Assembly: GCA_021613535.1 (NCBI GenBank)
Contig: CP075493.1
Coordinates: 15,562,001-15,626,000, forward strand
DNA length: 64,000 nt
From: Adineta vaga
Taxonomy: Eukaryota > Animalia > Rotifera
Direction: 5' to 3'
This document shows positions 11,001 to 24,506 of the stretch, in pieces. Position 1 is the stretch's first letter. Every line of letters begins with the position of its first letter. The notes below the pieces were generated by a model. It was not told the DNA's origin, searched no databases, and worked only from the letters and a program-made list of their open reading frames with translations. The position numbers and the translations under genes were made by a program.

Positions 11001-14000
11001 TGGTCTTATTGCGAAAATATATCCGCCGTAGATTTTTACCTTCGGAAAGCAATTCGAAAAAGTTATTTCTCCATTTTCGACACAATTCTACCTAATTTAT
11101 CAAGTTCACAATCAAATACTTTTATACAAATTCTCTTCAATCACTTCAATTTTCAATATACATCTGATGATCTTCTCATTCTATTACATTACCAAATCCC
11201 ACGAAAATGTTTTTCTTTAATTGATGCTCATTCGGATCGAACGAAATTTTTCGCCTATAATTGGTTTCGATTGTTTACCGTAAACTTGTGTCAAAATATT
11301 CAATTAGATCAAACTAAAGGAAAATTCCAACCGATTTTAGAGCAACAACGAGATCTTTTATTTCGATCATTTATTCAAAGTCAACTCGAACTAATTGAAA
11401 CGACTAATACAGACGAAGAAGAAAAGCAAGAACATCTACCAGAATCATTCAAAGATTTGCCTTACAGTTGGTTTCATTATCTTTTTATCCGAGATGTATC
11501 AACGGGAATTTCGTCTAAATTCGAAAAAGAGCTTTGGATCAATCAATATTTATTTCTGCTACTTCGTTGTTTTCATTTCGACGTACATCTTCGAACAATA
11601 TGTGCTACTTTATCGTACATTGAACGCTTATTGAATATTTATCATCAAAGTAGATCCAAAATAACTAGATTACTTTCCTTGAAAATTCTACGTCAATTAA
11701 TTCCATATCTGCCGAAGCATACTAACGACGGATCGAAAATTCTAATAGAAGAATTTTTAATTGAAATTCTTCATTCCATTAACGCAAGTTTCTCTTCTTC
11801 ACAACAGCTACCTGCTGAATTAGTCACGGAATTAATTTATCTGTATCGCACTGTAGTGTCTTGTTGGTCACCATGGCAATTGATGGCTATTAACTTCATC
11901 TTTAATTCTATTACATCTCATCTAAACTTAACATCATTCCAATCAAATGACACACTGATCGCCTCATTATGCATATTGGGTGGATACATAGATCATGTCA
12001 GTTTGGGTTCTATCGTTCGAGTGACAACTGATCAAGAAATAAATTATGAGTCTCGCTTAGCGATGGTCATAGAGATAAATTCAGACTCTTCGATCTGTTC
12101 AATCCAATATTTCGATGGAAATCAAATTCAATCGAAAACAATTGATCAACTTCAAGTTGTTGTTCAAGTTACACCACCTAATCTACTGTCATTACCGACA
12201 GTAGATGTATCGATCGATTCCATTTTCGATGCATTTGGACACTTTCTCCAACTCAAACCCATCGCATCTGAATCATTAAAATTTTTACAAATGAAACGTC
12301 GTTCTCTCTCTGCTCTCAATCATCTTTTACAATATCAAAAGATGGTAGAAATATTCATGAGTAAATCATACGCTTCACTCATTGCTCAATTATCCATGCC
12401 AGAATCTCTAACAACATCGACTAATCTTACTTACTTAAACAAAAAACTTCTAGAGCAATATTCCCTCCACTTAGATATGTGTCAACACTCGCAACCCGTT
12501 TCCAACGATCATCGATCAATTGTAGTAGCTTTATCAACACCGATCTCAAAATATAATGGATGGAAATCATTTGCATCGAAAACAGAGATTCAAATGTGGA
12601 AACAAGGTCGAACTGGTAATGACAAAATTAAATTGATTCCATTTCCAATTAGTGCTGTCAAACCAGAAGTTTTCGAGACATGTGGTCAAAATCATCAATT
12701 CAAAGGACGAATTGTTCTCAAACAAGGATATAGTCATGTAAAATATCCAACTTTTACTGTCGAGAATATTCAACTGACTGAAGGAAAATGGTATTTTTGT
12801 GTGAAATTACTCACGCGTGATATTATTCAAATCGGATGGGCAACACAAGGATTTACAGCAGAACGTGTTCATAAATTCGGATTAGGTGATGATAAATATT
12901 CATGGTCTTATGATGTTTTATGTAGAGTATTTCTCAATGATGGAATAGAGGGAGACCAATCCAATGATATTCGCTGGAGAAAAAATGATGTTTGTGGTTG
13001 TGGAATTGATATCGATGGTAAGAATACTAATATCAAATACTGGCTAAATGGTAAACTATTAGATGCAGCTTTTAAACATCTAGAGTTTATTCCTCAATCA
13101 GATACGAAATGTAATCTACTTCCTCATGGACGAGCAACAACTTTTTTTCCTGGAGTTTCTTTACTAAATCGAGATTCATCAACGAATTCTTGTGAATTGA
13201 TTTTTAGTCCCGAAGATATGCAACAATGTCCCCTACCGATTGGTTACAAGCCAGTTCTATTACCGACATTAGTTCATACCGAGAATTCTCTCGTTGCATA
13301 TCCTTCCCATGCTTATGTTGTTGGTGACATTTCAAAAGACTATGTCTATACATCACGAACTATGCCATCAACATTACTTTTACGTGATTTTGTTAATAAA
13401 GATCATTTCGCGGTTAGATTTCAGATTGATGAATATGGAGTTATTTTGTCGGAAGATAGCGAAGGTTTTCCGTTAACTATTGAGAGAGACGTCTCTTGTT
13501 TTTCCATCACATATGATTTCCAACTTTTACAAACCGCAAATGAGATGGAAACCATCACATTAGTTATGACGAATAGTTTTTCCATCGAAATTCCTTTGAC
13601 AAACTTTAATCAAATAACTCGAGTGATCATGGTGGGTAATATCAATGAACAACAACTTAAAGTTTATTGGGATAATCAAAACCAAACATATCAAACTCGA
13701 TTTCCAAATGAAACAACGAATCTATTAACTCTATATCATTTGTCAAAGATTGCTGCTAGACTGAAAAATATTGCTATTTGGAATTATGCTCTTCCTGAAG
13801 ATCATATTCATCGTTTATTTACTTATGGTCTCTTTTACATTGCAACAGACTATCAACAATTGGAAGAACATCGAAAACGAATGAATACTTTTTCTTTCAT
13901 AGATAAACAATTTTCAGACGAATATCTCATTCCATTTGATGAACCATTTGATGAAGATATTTGGCAAAGAAAGAAAAATCAGGCTGATCAAAATGAAGAG

Positions 14001-17000
14001 AAATACTTTTCAAAAGAAGAATCATCAACAATTGAATTAATTGGAAATAAAAGTTATCTTGTCCTTGAAAAGCCCATCGAACAATGGTCAGAATATACTA
14101 TTATTCTCGATGTATCCATTGTAAATTGGCCGATCAACGGCAAAGAATGGTCACTTATACAACTGAACGATATGTCGAAAATATCTATTACACACGAAGG
14201 TAAAATTTGTTTGAAATCTGAAGTAACCGAAGAGAAAAGTCAATTGACGTTAAATCTCAACGAATACTATCGTTTGTGTATCATTGTTAAAGAAACATCA
14301 TGTCAAATCTTTACTAATGGACAATTGCAGATCGATATGAAAGTGAAGGATGCGCAATTTATCGCTGAGTCAAATCGATTTTATTTATTTCAAGAAAACG
14401 ATATATTGGAAGAAACCAGCTATGAAAATACTTTAAGAATCCGTTGTCAATCAATAACTTTACTCAATCGATCGATGCCAATAGATGAACGTATCAAGAC
14501 TCCAAATTTTTCACTTCAATCATTAGTAACACCACCATTATCAATCATCGTACCGAGTTTAATCGCCATTGGACATCAGCTAGAATGGATTAAATACATT
14601 ATCGAACAATACAAAACAACAAACGTTGCGATGATTGATCGTATTCTGCGCGAACAGAAAGGACAACTGGAGAAGAATGTTTTAGAAAATAGGAACAAAC
14701 AATTTATACAGATTCTCTCCGCTTTAAGTCCGACAATCGATCAACAAAAGCTGAATGATTTGATCTCTGCTGAGAAGTTTTTCAATTATGATCAAATTAG
14801 CAATGTTAGTCGATTCATTCTAACTCATTGGAACGATTTACAACGAACCGAATTACATGATCTCGGTAACGAGATTGAACTCAACGATTGGATTCATAAC
14901 CCATCGATAATTGCAGCAGAAAGTAATGGTGGAATTCAAGTGAGCAATCGAAATCGTCGTAATACTCAACAGTCATTATCTTCTTCTTCTTCTTCTTCTT
15001 CTTCAAGCGAAGACAATGACGATGACTCTTCTAGCGTTTCTTCGGATCGTCGAAATGACCAACGTGAGGATAGTGATGAAGTAATTGTTTATAGATTGTA
15101 TGATCTAGCTGAAGAACAACGCGAGAAATTAATCTACCTTGAAAATCAACAAAGAGCAATGGAAGATCTATCCAGTCAAAGATATACTCAATCACATATC
15201 TATTGTGAACAAAACTTAATAACGGTTTATGCTCGTGATATCCTTCTTAATATGCTCAAAGTCTGGTCAAACCAATCGATAACGCTTTTCCCTTTGGATA
15301 AATTTGGTGATTGGAATTTTGTAGTGAAATTATTTCGAGTAATGTTTTATCATTACACATCCATTAAAGAAAATATTGATGACATGAGTTTATTAATCCT
15401 TTCACTGTTGAAAGTAGAAGTAAAACAAATCATCGAACAAAATCTTGAAAATAGAACACCGTTACTCTGTGCATTACAAGAAGATATTTTTGGTCAAATC
15501 ATTCAATTTCTACTGGAATCATCCTCATTGCGAAATGAGAGTTTAAAATTTATTTGGAAAGTATTGAATCTTTTTGTAGAATTGATTAGAGATAAATCGA
15601 CAATGAAACAAAATCAGATCGATATACTGCTCCCACACGTATTTCCTGTTCCAATGATCAATCTAATCTTCAAACTTCTTCAATCAGTTGAAGATCATCA
15701 ATCGAAAATCTTCATTGTTCGTCTGTTTTCTAGTTTAATTCAAATCAGTAATTCTTTTAAATTAAATGTAGAAATAAAACAATTTTTTGTTACATTACTT
15801 CATGAACTTCCATCGAATGAATCGATTATGGATGTAGTATTTCTTCTCAGTGAACAACAGGCTGAACTACAATATGCTGAGTTGCCAGAAAATGTTCCCG
15901 AACTCTTCAAATGCATTCATATCATCATTGCTTTGACTGATCTAACCAAACAAACTGTCGTACGAGAAGAATTATTTACCGAATTCAAAGATCACCTAAA
16001 CGGCGTGCAATTCACTCGTGCTGATTTCAACAGATCTAATGCTCATTTCAATCAAATTGCCGATTTTCAATTACTTGATTTCATGGACAAAAGTCAAAAA
16101 TTTAAAAAATCTCCTATTGAATTTCTTCGTACTTTACCGGAAGAATCTACTCCTAATTCAATTTTTTATCAGAATCATCCGTCATTATCAAGTATTCCGG
16201 CTGATTGTGTGCGGATTCGGGCGATAGTTTTATATATACTGAATGCTCTTATCATTAATATTTCATCGTTCGTCGATTGCAGTTTATCGCCAGGAGAAAG
16301 TTTTCTAACAGATCAAATTCGAAAAGCAAAGATGTATATTTTTTCTTCAAAGAAATGTCAACTTCTCGATCAATCAATTCTAGCAACCGAATCGGGATCT
16401 AATCATGAAAATCTTTCCGTTTATTTCGATGTCCTCAAAGCCTCTCTTTCCAATGAAAACTACGAAAATACGATGTTTTATCAAGCTTACCGACAGCTAT
16501 GCGACAAGGCACAGGATAGTTTCAGAAAAAAAGATAAACAGCTCTGGATAGCACAGTATATAGATATGCATAGTACTGATATAGGTGGGCCTTATCGTGA
16601 TTCAATTACTCAGATTTGTTCGGATATCTGTAGTACACGATTACCCTTATTTATTTTATGTCCAAACGGTCGAACACACAGTGCTTCGAATCAAGATTGT
16701 TGGATTCCTAATGTTTTTCCACCGAATAAATCCATTCCAGAAACATTCCAGAAACAATATCGTTTTGTTGGTCAATTGATGGGATTAGCTACTAGAAAAA
16801 AACATTATTTGAACGTCAAATTTGCACCATTGCTTTGGAAAGAATTACTCTACGAACCGATCACTATCCACGATATACAAGCCATTGATGCACAAAGTTT
16901 TACATTGATTCACGAAGTTGAACAGCAAATTCAACAAGCTATGTTATTTGATACCGATGCTAATACTTTTGATATTTTCAATAGTGTTTTAAGTGAAGTA

Positions 17001-17717
17001 CATTTCGAAGTGGTTGGTTCAGCACAACAAACTTTTGAATTGATACCAAATGGAAGTCAAATTCCAATTACTGCAGAGAATTTTTCGAACTATTCTTTTC
17101 ATTATCGTCAATACCGTCTTAATGAATTTCATCGGCAAATTGATTATATTCGTCAAGGATTGCATTCAGTGGTTCCTTCTTATTATTTGAATATATTTAC
17201 GGCTAAGGAATTAGAAGAAGCTGTTTGTGGCAAAGGTTATATCGATGTCGAACTTTTGAAACGAAATACAACTTACGGAGATGGTTATAATCAAAATGCA
17301 CCTGTGATTGATTGTTTTTGGAAAGTGATGAGTGAAATGTTCACTGAAGAACAAAAGAAAATGTTGTTAGTATTTGCTTGGGGACGAAGTACACTACCAA
17401 TTCGAGACGAAGATTTCAGTTCAAAATTCAAGATTTGCAAATATCATGTGCAAAGCGACAACATCGATCATACACTTCCACGTAAGTCATGTTTGATAAA
17501 ATTTGAAGAATAGTGAAATAATGGATGTGTTTTAGGATCTCATACTTGTAGTTTTACTATCGATCTACCTGAATATTCGACTTTAGAGATCATGCACGAG
17601 CGTTTGAATTGTGCAATTACTTATTGTTCAAATATCGATGGTGATGGAAATATGGATGCAGAAAATGTCAATTATAACGATGACTCCAGTAGTGATGATG
17701 ATGATGATGATGAATAG
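8040..17717 (+). CDS. giant SPRY- and HECT-domain E3 ubiquitin ligase (~3200 aa; exons 8040-17481, 17536-17717)
   Basis: SPRY: GKWYFCVKLL...IQIGWAT...GLGDDKYSWSYD. HECT: DIGGPYRDSI...YRFVGQLMGLA...FELIPNG...ELEEAVCG...FWKVM. A 54-nt intron (17482-17535) restores LPRSHTCSFTIDLPEY with the catalytic Cys. First ATG is at 8040. Confidence 0.9.
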
Positions 17718-17966
17718 GAAAAATCAAGCATCATGTCATTTTTATCTTTATTATGTAAAACCTATATAATCTTGAGGATGAGCTGTGAAGATGTATAATA
17801 ATAAAAAGTCACATAACTACTGATCTTAGCAGATTACGCGTGCTTTGTGCACCTCCACTAGTATAGTATATGAAGACTAACTAGTTCTGGAGAAAAGACA
17901 TCTATTAAGTGCTTTGAACATTCATATCTACCAAATCATCCAAATTATCTGTCGGCAAAAGAAAAT

Positions 17967-18036
17967 CTTGAGAGGGTGTGGGTGTGGGTGAGAGTATTGT
18001 ATCTATCTAACACCCACACCCACATCCACCCTCAAG
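17967..18036. repeat. telomere-like inverted hairpin element (best-preserved copy)
   Basis: cttgagagggtgtgggtgtgggtg-agagtattgtatctatctaa-cacccacacccacatccaccctcaag. Confidence 0.85.
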
Positions 18037-18149
18037 CATTTTTAATGCATTTAAAAATACGTCAATTGCAGTGCGTTCAAACAAAAAAGTCATGCGAATA
18101 TTTTATTAGAATTGAAACCAGCAACATGAAATTTATGAAAAATTCTTGA

Positions 18150-18608
18150 TTAACATAGGAAACGATAAAATCTCTGGAGATTATTATAACGTGTTTCCCT
18201 TCGAATACGAAAAACAATAATTGCAATAGTTGTGATTAATACAATCAGCGAAAGCCTGCGATAGAGATACCTAGTATCGTATGATCACTTTTTCTTTTCA
18301 TTGAAGTTGAGGTAGTAGTGTAAGAATTCAACATATTAGCTGAGTTGATTATTGGTTTTGTTTAGTTTTTCATTGAAATACGAAAGAACGGTGGTAAAAT
18401 AATTGCTGGTAGCTGTTGAAATTCCGGTAATTTTTCAAGTTTTAAGCATACATATAGAGCACAATCGTTTTCAATAACTCCCATAACATATTCGCTATAG
18501 CCTTTAGGACATTCTTTTGTAGCGAAAGGAAGTATAGCATTTCCCTGAGAACATGAAAACATACCGCCACAATGGGGTAAATTTGCCGTATCTAATACTT
18601 GATCGGCT
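18150..18608 (-). pseudogene. 3' fragment of an MPEG1/perforin-2-like gene (end of P2 domain + TM helix)
   Basis: GGMFSCSQGN...KECPKGYSEYVMGVIENDCALYVCLK...LPAIILPPF resembles the MPEG1 P2 C-terminus. It is followed by a stop, a Ser/Thr stalk and a frameshifted TM (TILGISIAG/LSLIVLITTIAIIVF-RIRR). The 5' part is absent. Confidence 0.6.
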
Positions 18609-18609
18609 A

Positions 18610-18672
18610 GGGTGTGGGTGAGAGTTGTGTATTTATAACCCTTATGTCCATCTACATTCTGATCCACATCCT
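18610..18672. repeat. telomere-like hairpin element with a degenerate right arm
   Basis: gggtgtgggtgagagttgtgtatttataaccc...tccacatcct. Confidence 0.6.
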
Positions 18673-18720
18673 GGATGACTTGAGTATTTTATGAATTAAT
18701 AAATAGAAAAAATAGATTTG

Positions 18721-21700
18721 TTAGTTCTTACAATTGTTCTTATAAATAGATAAGTCATTTGATACTCTATTTGTAACAACTAAATTCAATTTTCCATTAT
18801 TTTTTAGAGAACCCGATGCAATAGATGTTGGTGAATTTCCAGTTACGTATATAAGAGGAGTCTCGAATGTTCCATCACCTCGTCCAAGTAATACACTAAT
18901 AGTATTATCAACTGTATTTATTACACTTAAATCAAGTTTTGTGTCATTATTAAAATCTCCATCAGTTAAAACACTCGGCCATGTACCCACTGTATAATTG
19001 ATCGGATTTTGAAACGTTGCATTACCATTGCCAAGGTATATGCTCACAGTATTAGCTAATTGATTCGTTATTGCTAAGTCTTGTTTACCATTTTTATCAA
19101 AATCATTCGCTATTATGTAAATTGGCCATAGTCCGGTCGTATAATTCTTTCGAGTTGTAAAATTTCCAGTACCATCACCAAATAGTATAGTGAAAAGGTT
19201 ATCGTAGGAATTTGCTACTACGATATCTATTTTATAATTACCATCAAAGTCACCTGTTGTTACAGATGATATCTTACGACCAACTGTATGAAATGTTGCA
19301 TTCTTGAATGTTCCATTTTTATCACCAAGAAGTACGCTAACTGTAGTATCTTCATAATTAACTACGATTATATCTAATATGTTATCGTTATTCAAATCAG
19401 TTGATGTTAATGCTTCTGGCCAACTACCAACCATATAGGTTTTAGATGATTGAAAAAACCCATCTCCACGATTCAGTAGTACAGTAATAGAATCGTTCCA
19501 AGAGTTTGTTACTGCAAGATCCATTTTTGTATCATTATTGAAATCCTCGGCTATGACACAAGTTGGTGTTTGACCAACCATATAACTCATAGGTGTTAGG
19601 AAATTTAGATTTCCATCATTAAGTATAATATTAACGGTACTATCACCATAACAGCTCATTGCTAAATCTGGCGTTTGATTATTATCAAAATCAGCTGCAT
19701 GTACAAATCGTGGTAGTTGACATGCAAGCATCTGTACTGGATAAAAATAAGTGCCAAATCCAAGAGAACATATGAGACCGATTGTATTACCATCATTGCG
19801 ACCGATGAGGAGATCTAGATAACTATCATTATTTAAATCAACCGAAATAACTGACGTTAGAGAAAAGCCAATCGGATGTTCTACAGATATGTTAAAACTT
19901 CCATTGCCATTTCCCATTAAAATATAGAGTAATGGATCGAATTGAGTGATCACTGCCAAATCCAATTCTTTGTCATTATTGTAATCTAATACTGCCATAG
20001 AAATTATACCATGACGAAACAGATAATTGATTCCAGTTTGAAAAGTACCATCACCATTTCCATATAATATACTAGTTATATTGTCATCTCGATTAGCTAT
20101 GATAAGATCCAGTTCATTATCATAATTAAAATCATCTACTACCATAGCAATAGGATAAGAACTAACAGTATAGTTATTTGTCAGTTCAAACATTCCATTT
20201 GCACGGCCAAGTAAAATACTGATACTGTTATCCCCGGAGTTTGCAATTGCTAGATCTAATCTACCATCATGATTGAAATCGGATGATACAATAAAATTTG
20301 GTGTGCGACCAACATTATAAATGAAAAAAGGTTGAAAGGTTCCATTTCCGTTTCCAAATATAACAAGAATCGTATGATTGATCCAATCTGTCACTACTAA
20401 ATCCATGTTTGTATCATTATTGAAATCCCTTGAGATCACATAAGATGGACTATTGTAAAGACTATAATTCATCGAACTATGAAAAAGTCCATTACCTTCA
20501 CCAAACATTACGATGACAATTTTATTAATTTTATTGAACACTACCATATCCAGATTACCGTCTTTATCGAAATCTCCTGATATTACAAACTCTGGCATTC
20601 GATTAACTTTATACGATCCAGGAATTTCAAGAGTTTCATCTTCTTTTCCAAGGAGTATCCCCACAGTACCATCTTCAGTTATAATTGCCATATCTAATTG
20701 TTGTTGATTTCTGAAATGACCAAATGTAGCAAACATTGGTTTATGTCGACCTGGAAGAGTAATTGGCGTCTGAAAAGGATCATTACATTCTTCTTCTGAA
20801 AACAAAAGACTATTCATTATTTTCAATTAAGGAGTTTAAGAACAAATTGAACCTGATAATTTGTTCTTTGATCTTGTTGCTAAAACTGATGCAAGAATAA
20901 TTCCACCAATAATTAAAGCAAATAAAAGACAAAGTGGAATATCATATCGTTTCTTTCGATACCATTGACGACTAAGGAAACATTTCTTAGAGTAAATTAC
21001 ACAAAAAAATCAAATTCAACTTACACTATTTTTGGATAAACATTCGCTCCTAAAATAAAACATCAAGAATTATTGAGAAATTGAAATTTCTTTCTTTTAC
21101 CTTCAAATGGAGGTTTCAGTAAAACTTGTTCCGGTTTAATTTGCTTCAAATGAATAATATAAAGATCTGATGCTGGACTAAATTGTGATTGAACAATCAT
21201 TTGAGTATTTGGTAAGAGAAGAACTTCATTTTCAGTAACAAAATGTGAATGATTTTGAATTGTTCGACCATTAAATGCTTCAACAGAGAACAATGTTCGA
21301 TGTCCATCTTTTCCCAAGTAAATATTATTTTCCAAAACAAGAGTTTCTGTTGTACATGATGAAAATGCTGACCATGTTACTTGTTTTCCAGATGGAAAAT
21401 TTTGACTTAAATTCTTTGTCACTCCTCTCCAAACTGTCAAAGGCGGAACACAAGGTAATTTAACAAGAGCAGTTAAGAATAATTTCAAATATTTATAATA
21501 TGGTTGAAGAAGTTCTTGATTATTACTTTTTAATGTTCGATTGAGCATTCGATAAAAACTTGGATGAGGTTTAATCCATTCAATTGTATAAAGACGAATT
21601 GCTGCACTTTCATCAATTGTTAATCCATCTGATGGTTGTTCAGGTGTTTCATCAAGTGCCATTTTAACATATTTTGCTAGATCATGAATGATATTTTCTA

Positions 21701-21995
21701 ATGGTGCACATGCTTTATAAAGTGGTAATAAAGGTTCATATGCATAATCAATCAATGGAAGGAAATTTTCTTCTGTATCATTGGTCTGCTCTGATGTATT
21801 TGTGATACCAACAAAATCTTCGACAATTCGAGCGCTATTAGCAAGAGTATTCGTTTGAAATCTTTCATCAGATATTCTTCCTTCAACGTAATTATTTTCA
21901 TCTGAAACATTTGGATGATCAATTACTTCGGGATTATCATGTGCAACTGACACTAATTCAATTTGATCAGATTTTCGTCTTGATGGTTGATGCAT
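18721..21995 (-). CDS. type II membrane protein: ADP-ribosyltransferase (R-S-E) - TM - ~14 FG-GAP repeats; paralog 1 (exons 21995-21101, 21049-21025, 20971-20853, 20795-18721)
   Basis: ART motifs TVWRGV, FSSCT, ENEVLL. Three GT-AG introns (51, 53, 57 nt) join in frame: ...PPFEG-ANVYPKIV-RQWYRKKRYDIPLCLLFALIIGGIILASVLATRSKNKLS-EEECNDPF... into DFNxDGxLDL...G.GDGTF repeats. Confidence 0.88.
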
Positions 21996-22387
21996 TATAC
22001 TGATTATTTTTGTTAATCCTAAAAGTAAAGCAATAAATTGATGCTAAAACTATTGAAAATGATAATGTGAAAGAGTAAATATATGTATTTATATCGTTCC
22101 TATTGATTATATCGATTGATGATACGAAGGTTTCCTTTGTATAGGATAATAAAAAAGAAAGCATCAATAATATTTATTATATCGTCATGAATGTATGAAA
22201 CATGTAGACGATTACTGTGGATATTTATGACTCATACAAAGGAAATAAATGATAATTAAACGTTGTCCTCTTGCACACAAAATATAAAAAAACGTACAGT
22301 CGTAGAAATCAAACGAAACACATAGAAAATTTAACCCATGTATTTACGATATGTCGTTGATTAGGAAAAGCTTGATTGAAATTATCA

Positions 22388-23803
22388 TTATGTACTATTG
22401 ATATTGTTCGTTGCAAAATACATTTTACTATTTTGTTTATCAATCATTCCAATGTCTCCTATGTGAAGATTCATTGGTAAGAATGTTGTTCGATCACCTG
22501 TTGCTTTTATCATTTCTACATCAAGTCTTTTAAGTTCGATTTGAGCTGACAGTGGTACTTCTTGTAAGACTTTAGCAGCTTGAGCATGACGTTCGGCAGC
22601 ATAAAAATCAGCATCAGCCTTTGTTCGTATGACATATGCTTCAGCTTCTGCATGAATTTGTGCTTGCTGTTTTTCTCGTTCAGCCTGTTGCATGGCAATA
22701 TCTGTTTGCGAACGCATATTGGCGAGACTAGTAGCAGTTTCGACACGTGCTTGTGCTCGTTTTCGCAAAAGATCTTTCACACTGTTATCAAATTCAAGTT
22801 TCTCGATGTTTAAATCCTGAAGTTCAACGCCCCATTGTTTCACTTTGTACGAAAAATCATGAAGAAATGCCGTTCGAATATGTTGATTGAAATTGCTTTC
22901 TTCTACAATCGATGTAACACTTGTCACGTCCTTTTCTGATGCTTTCATTGGAACAGAGGGTGCAATTTCATCGATAGCAGCGTTGAGAAAAAGCGAAGTG
23001 AGTGTTGCTTCAGCGGCTCGTTTTACTGCTCCATGAATATCTTGTACAGTCATAAATGCTATTCTTGGATCATGAATACGATAGGTAATAAGTCCTTTCG
23101 CTATTATAGTAACTCCATCTCGAGTGTTCACCATAAGTTGATCGAGTTCTCTCACTTGAAGTTGAACGGATTGAAAACCAGTTTTCTTATCGAATAGAAA
23201 TGTAGGTGAATTTGTTTCGAATGGACCTGTTTCAGTATCTTCAGGTCGAATAATAATCTGTTTACCAATATCGAATGCCACAGCAACAAATCCGACTGGC
23301 ACAGTTATCCGACGGTATGTTCCCAATTCGATATATTGAGCATTCGCTGGAGTACTCTTTTCGAAAATATGCGGTGCAGTTAAAATGTAACGACCAGGAT
23401 CGAGTAAGATACTTTCTCCATTTCGAAGACTTAATCCAAGTTCTCCTTGATTGATTGTTACAATTTGAATATTACCCAACGTAATAACTTTATCGGTAAT
23501 ACTAACTACACTGATTAAATGATTGAATAGAGAATAGAATGTATATCGACCAGGTGCCAGAAATCTTGGACTACGATTGAACATAGCTAAACCAAGTTGT
23601 CCATCTTGAATAAGATTAAATCCAAGTCCAGTTGGCATTCGTGGATGTTCAAGTAATCCTCGTTGTTCAAGTTCATCATAAAGCGATCGATTTGGATCCA
23701 TTCGTATGTGCATGTCATTACCTGCATGTTGTATTGTCTGGCCGAAGGTTTTCTTGTAATCGGAAACCAATTTTCCATCGATATCGGTCGAATTTATAGA
23801 CAT
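22388..23803 (-). CDS. SPFH/Band 7 (stomatin/prohibitin-like) domain protein
   Basis: Intronless 471 aa; [35 protein letters not shown] and a C-terminal AE-rich coiled coil. Confidence 0.8.
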   Translation of the reverse strand: MSINSTDIDGKLVSDYKKTFGQTIQHAGNDMHIRMDPNRSLYDELEQRGLLEHPRMPTGLGFNLIQDGQLGLAMFNRSPRFLAPGRYTFYSLFNHLISVVSITDKVITLGNIQIVTINQGELGLSLRNGESILLDPGRYILTAPHIFEKSTPANAQYIELGTYRRITVPVGFVAVAFDIGKQIIIRPEDTETGPFETNSPTFLFDKKTGFQSVQLQVRELDQLMVNTRDGVTIIAKGLITYRIHDPRIAFMTVQDIHGAVKRAAEATLTSLFLNAAIDEIAPSVPMKASEKDVTSVTSIVEESNFNQHIRTAFLHDFSYKVKQWGVELQDLNIEKLEFDNSVKDLLRKRAQARVETATSLANMRSQTDIAMQQAEREKQQAQIHAEAEAYVIRTKADADFYAAERHAQAAKVLQEVPLSAQIELKRLDVEMIKATGDRTTFLPMNLHIGDIGMIDKQNSKMYFATNNINST

Positions 23804-24506
23804 ACGTAATCAATATCTTTCAAATAATAGAATCAAAATTAATCACTCTTCTATTCTTTAGATTATACACAGATTCTTGATAAATATTGAGTGGAACAGT
23901 ATATAACTAATAAAAATTGAAACAAACATGACTTTGTTGAGAGATACTTTCATAAGATATCTCTTATTTGTTTATCTTACGTCATTAGATAAGAGCAATG
24001 ACGAATTCTTCTCAAGTAAAGGATACTGAAAAGTTTTCGATTTAACTTTGTCTTATCTACTGAGAAAGAACTATCCCCTTGACCAAAGTTGAATTCTCAG
24101 TTGTACCAGGATACAGATGTTTTTCTTTTTTTTTTACAAAGAATCCATCAGTACATTGTTTCACCTATCTCCATAAGAATTTATTATAAAATTTATAACT
24201 GATATTTTCATTGAGATTAAAGAAGAGTTATATCATGATCATAAACTTGAAAAAAGACTCGTAAAATAATAATAAATACAAAAAAAAGAATCCTCATTTA
24301 TAATTCTTTACTTTTTTTATCAAAATTCCCATGTGATAACAAACTCCCTTAAACTTTTTTTTCTGTATTTATTTACTTCTCTCAATCGTAGTTTTCATCT
24401 ATTACATATATATATATATATTGTATAGAAGAAAGAAAGTCATAGATTTAGTTCAGTTAAAACGTGGTTGTTGATTATTATCTGTGCAATTAAATCTCTT
24501 CGAACA

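Noticed and set aside
14979-15004. (TCT)n microsatellite
   Set aside because: In-frame poly-Ser in a low-complexity linker of the HECT protein; ordinary.
11395-16779. Short alternative-frame and antisense ORFs inside long genes (also within the FG-GAP, SPFH, TPR and 7TM genes)
   Set aside because: 60-90 aa shadow ORFs with no motifs, expected by chance.
18721-21995. Treating the ART and FG-GAP ORFs as separate operon-like genes (bacterial toxin plus VCBS protein, or contamination)
   Set aside because: Canonical spliceosomal introns join them in frame in both paralogs, and the flanking genes are intron-rich eukaryotic genes.
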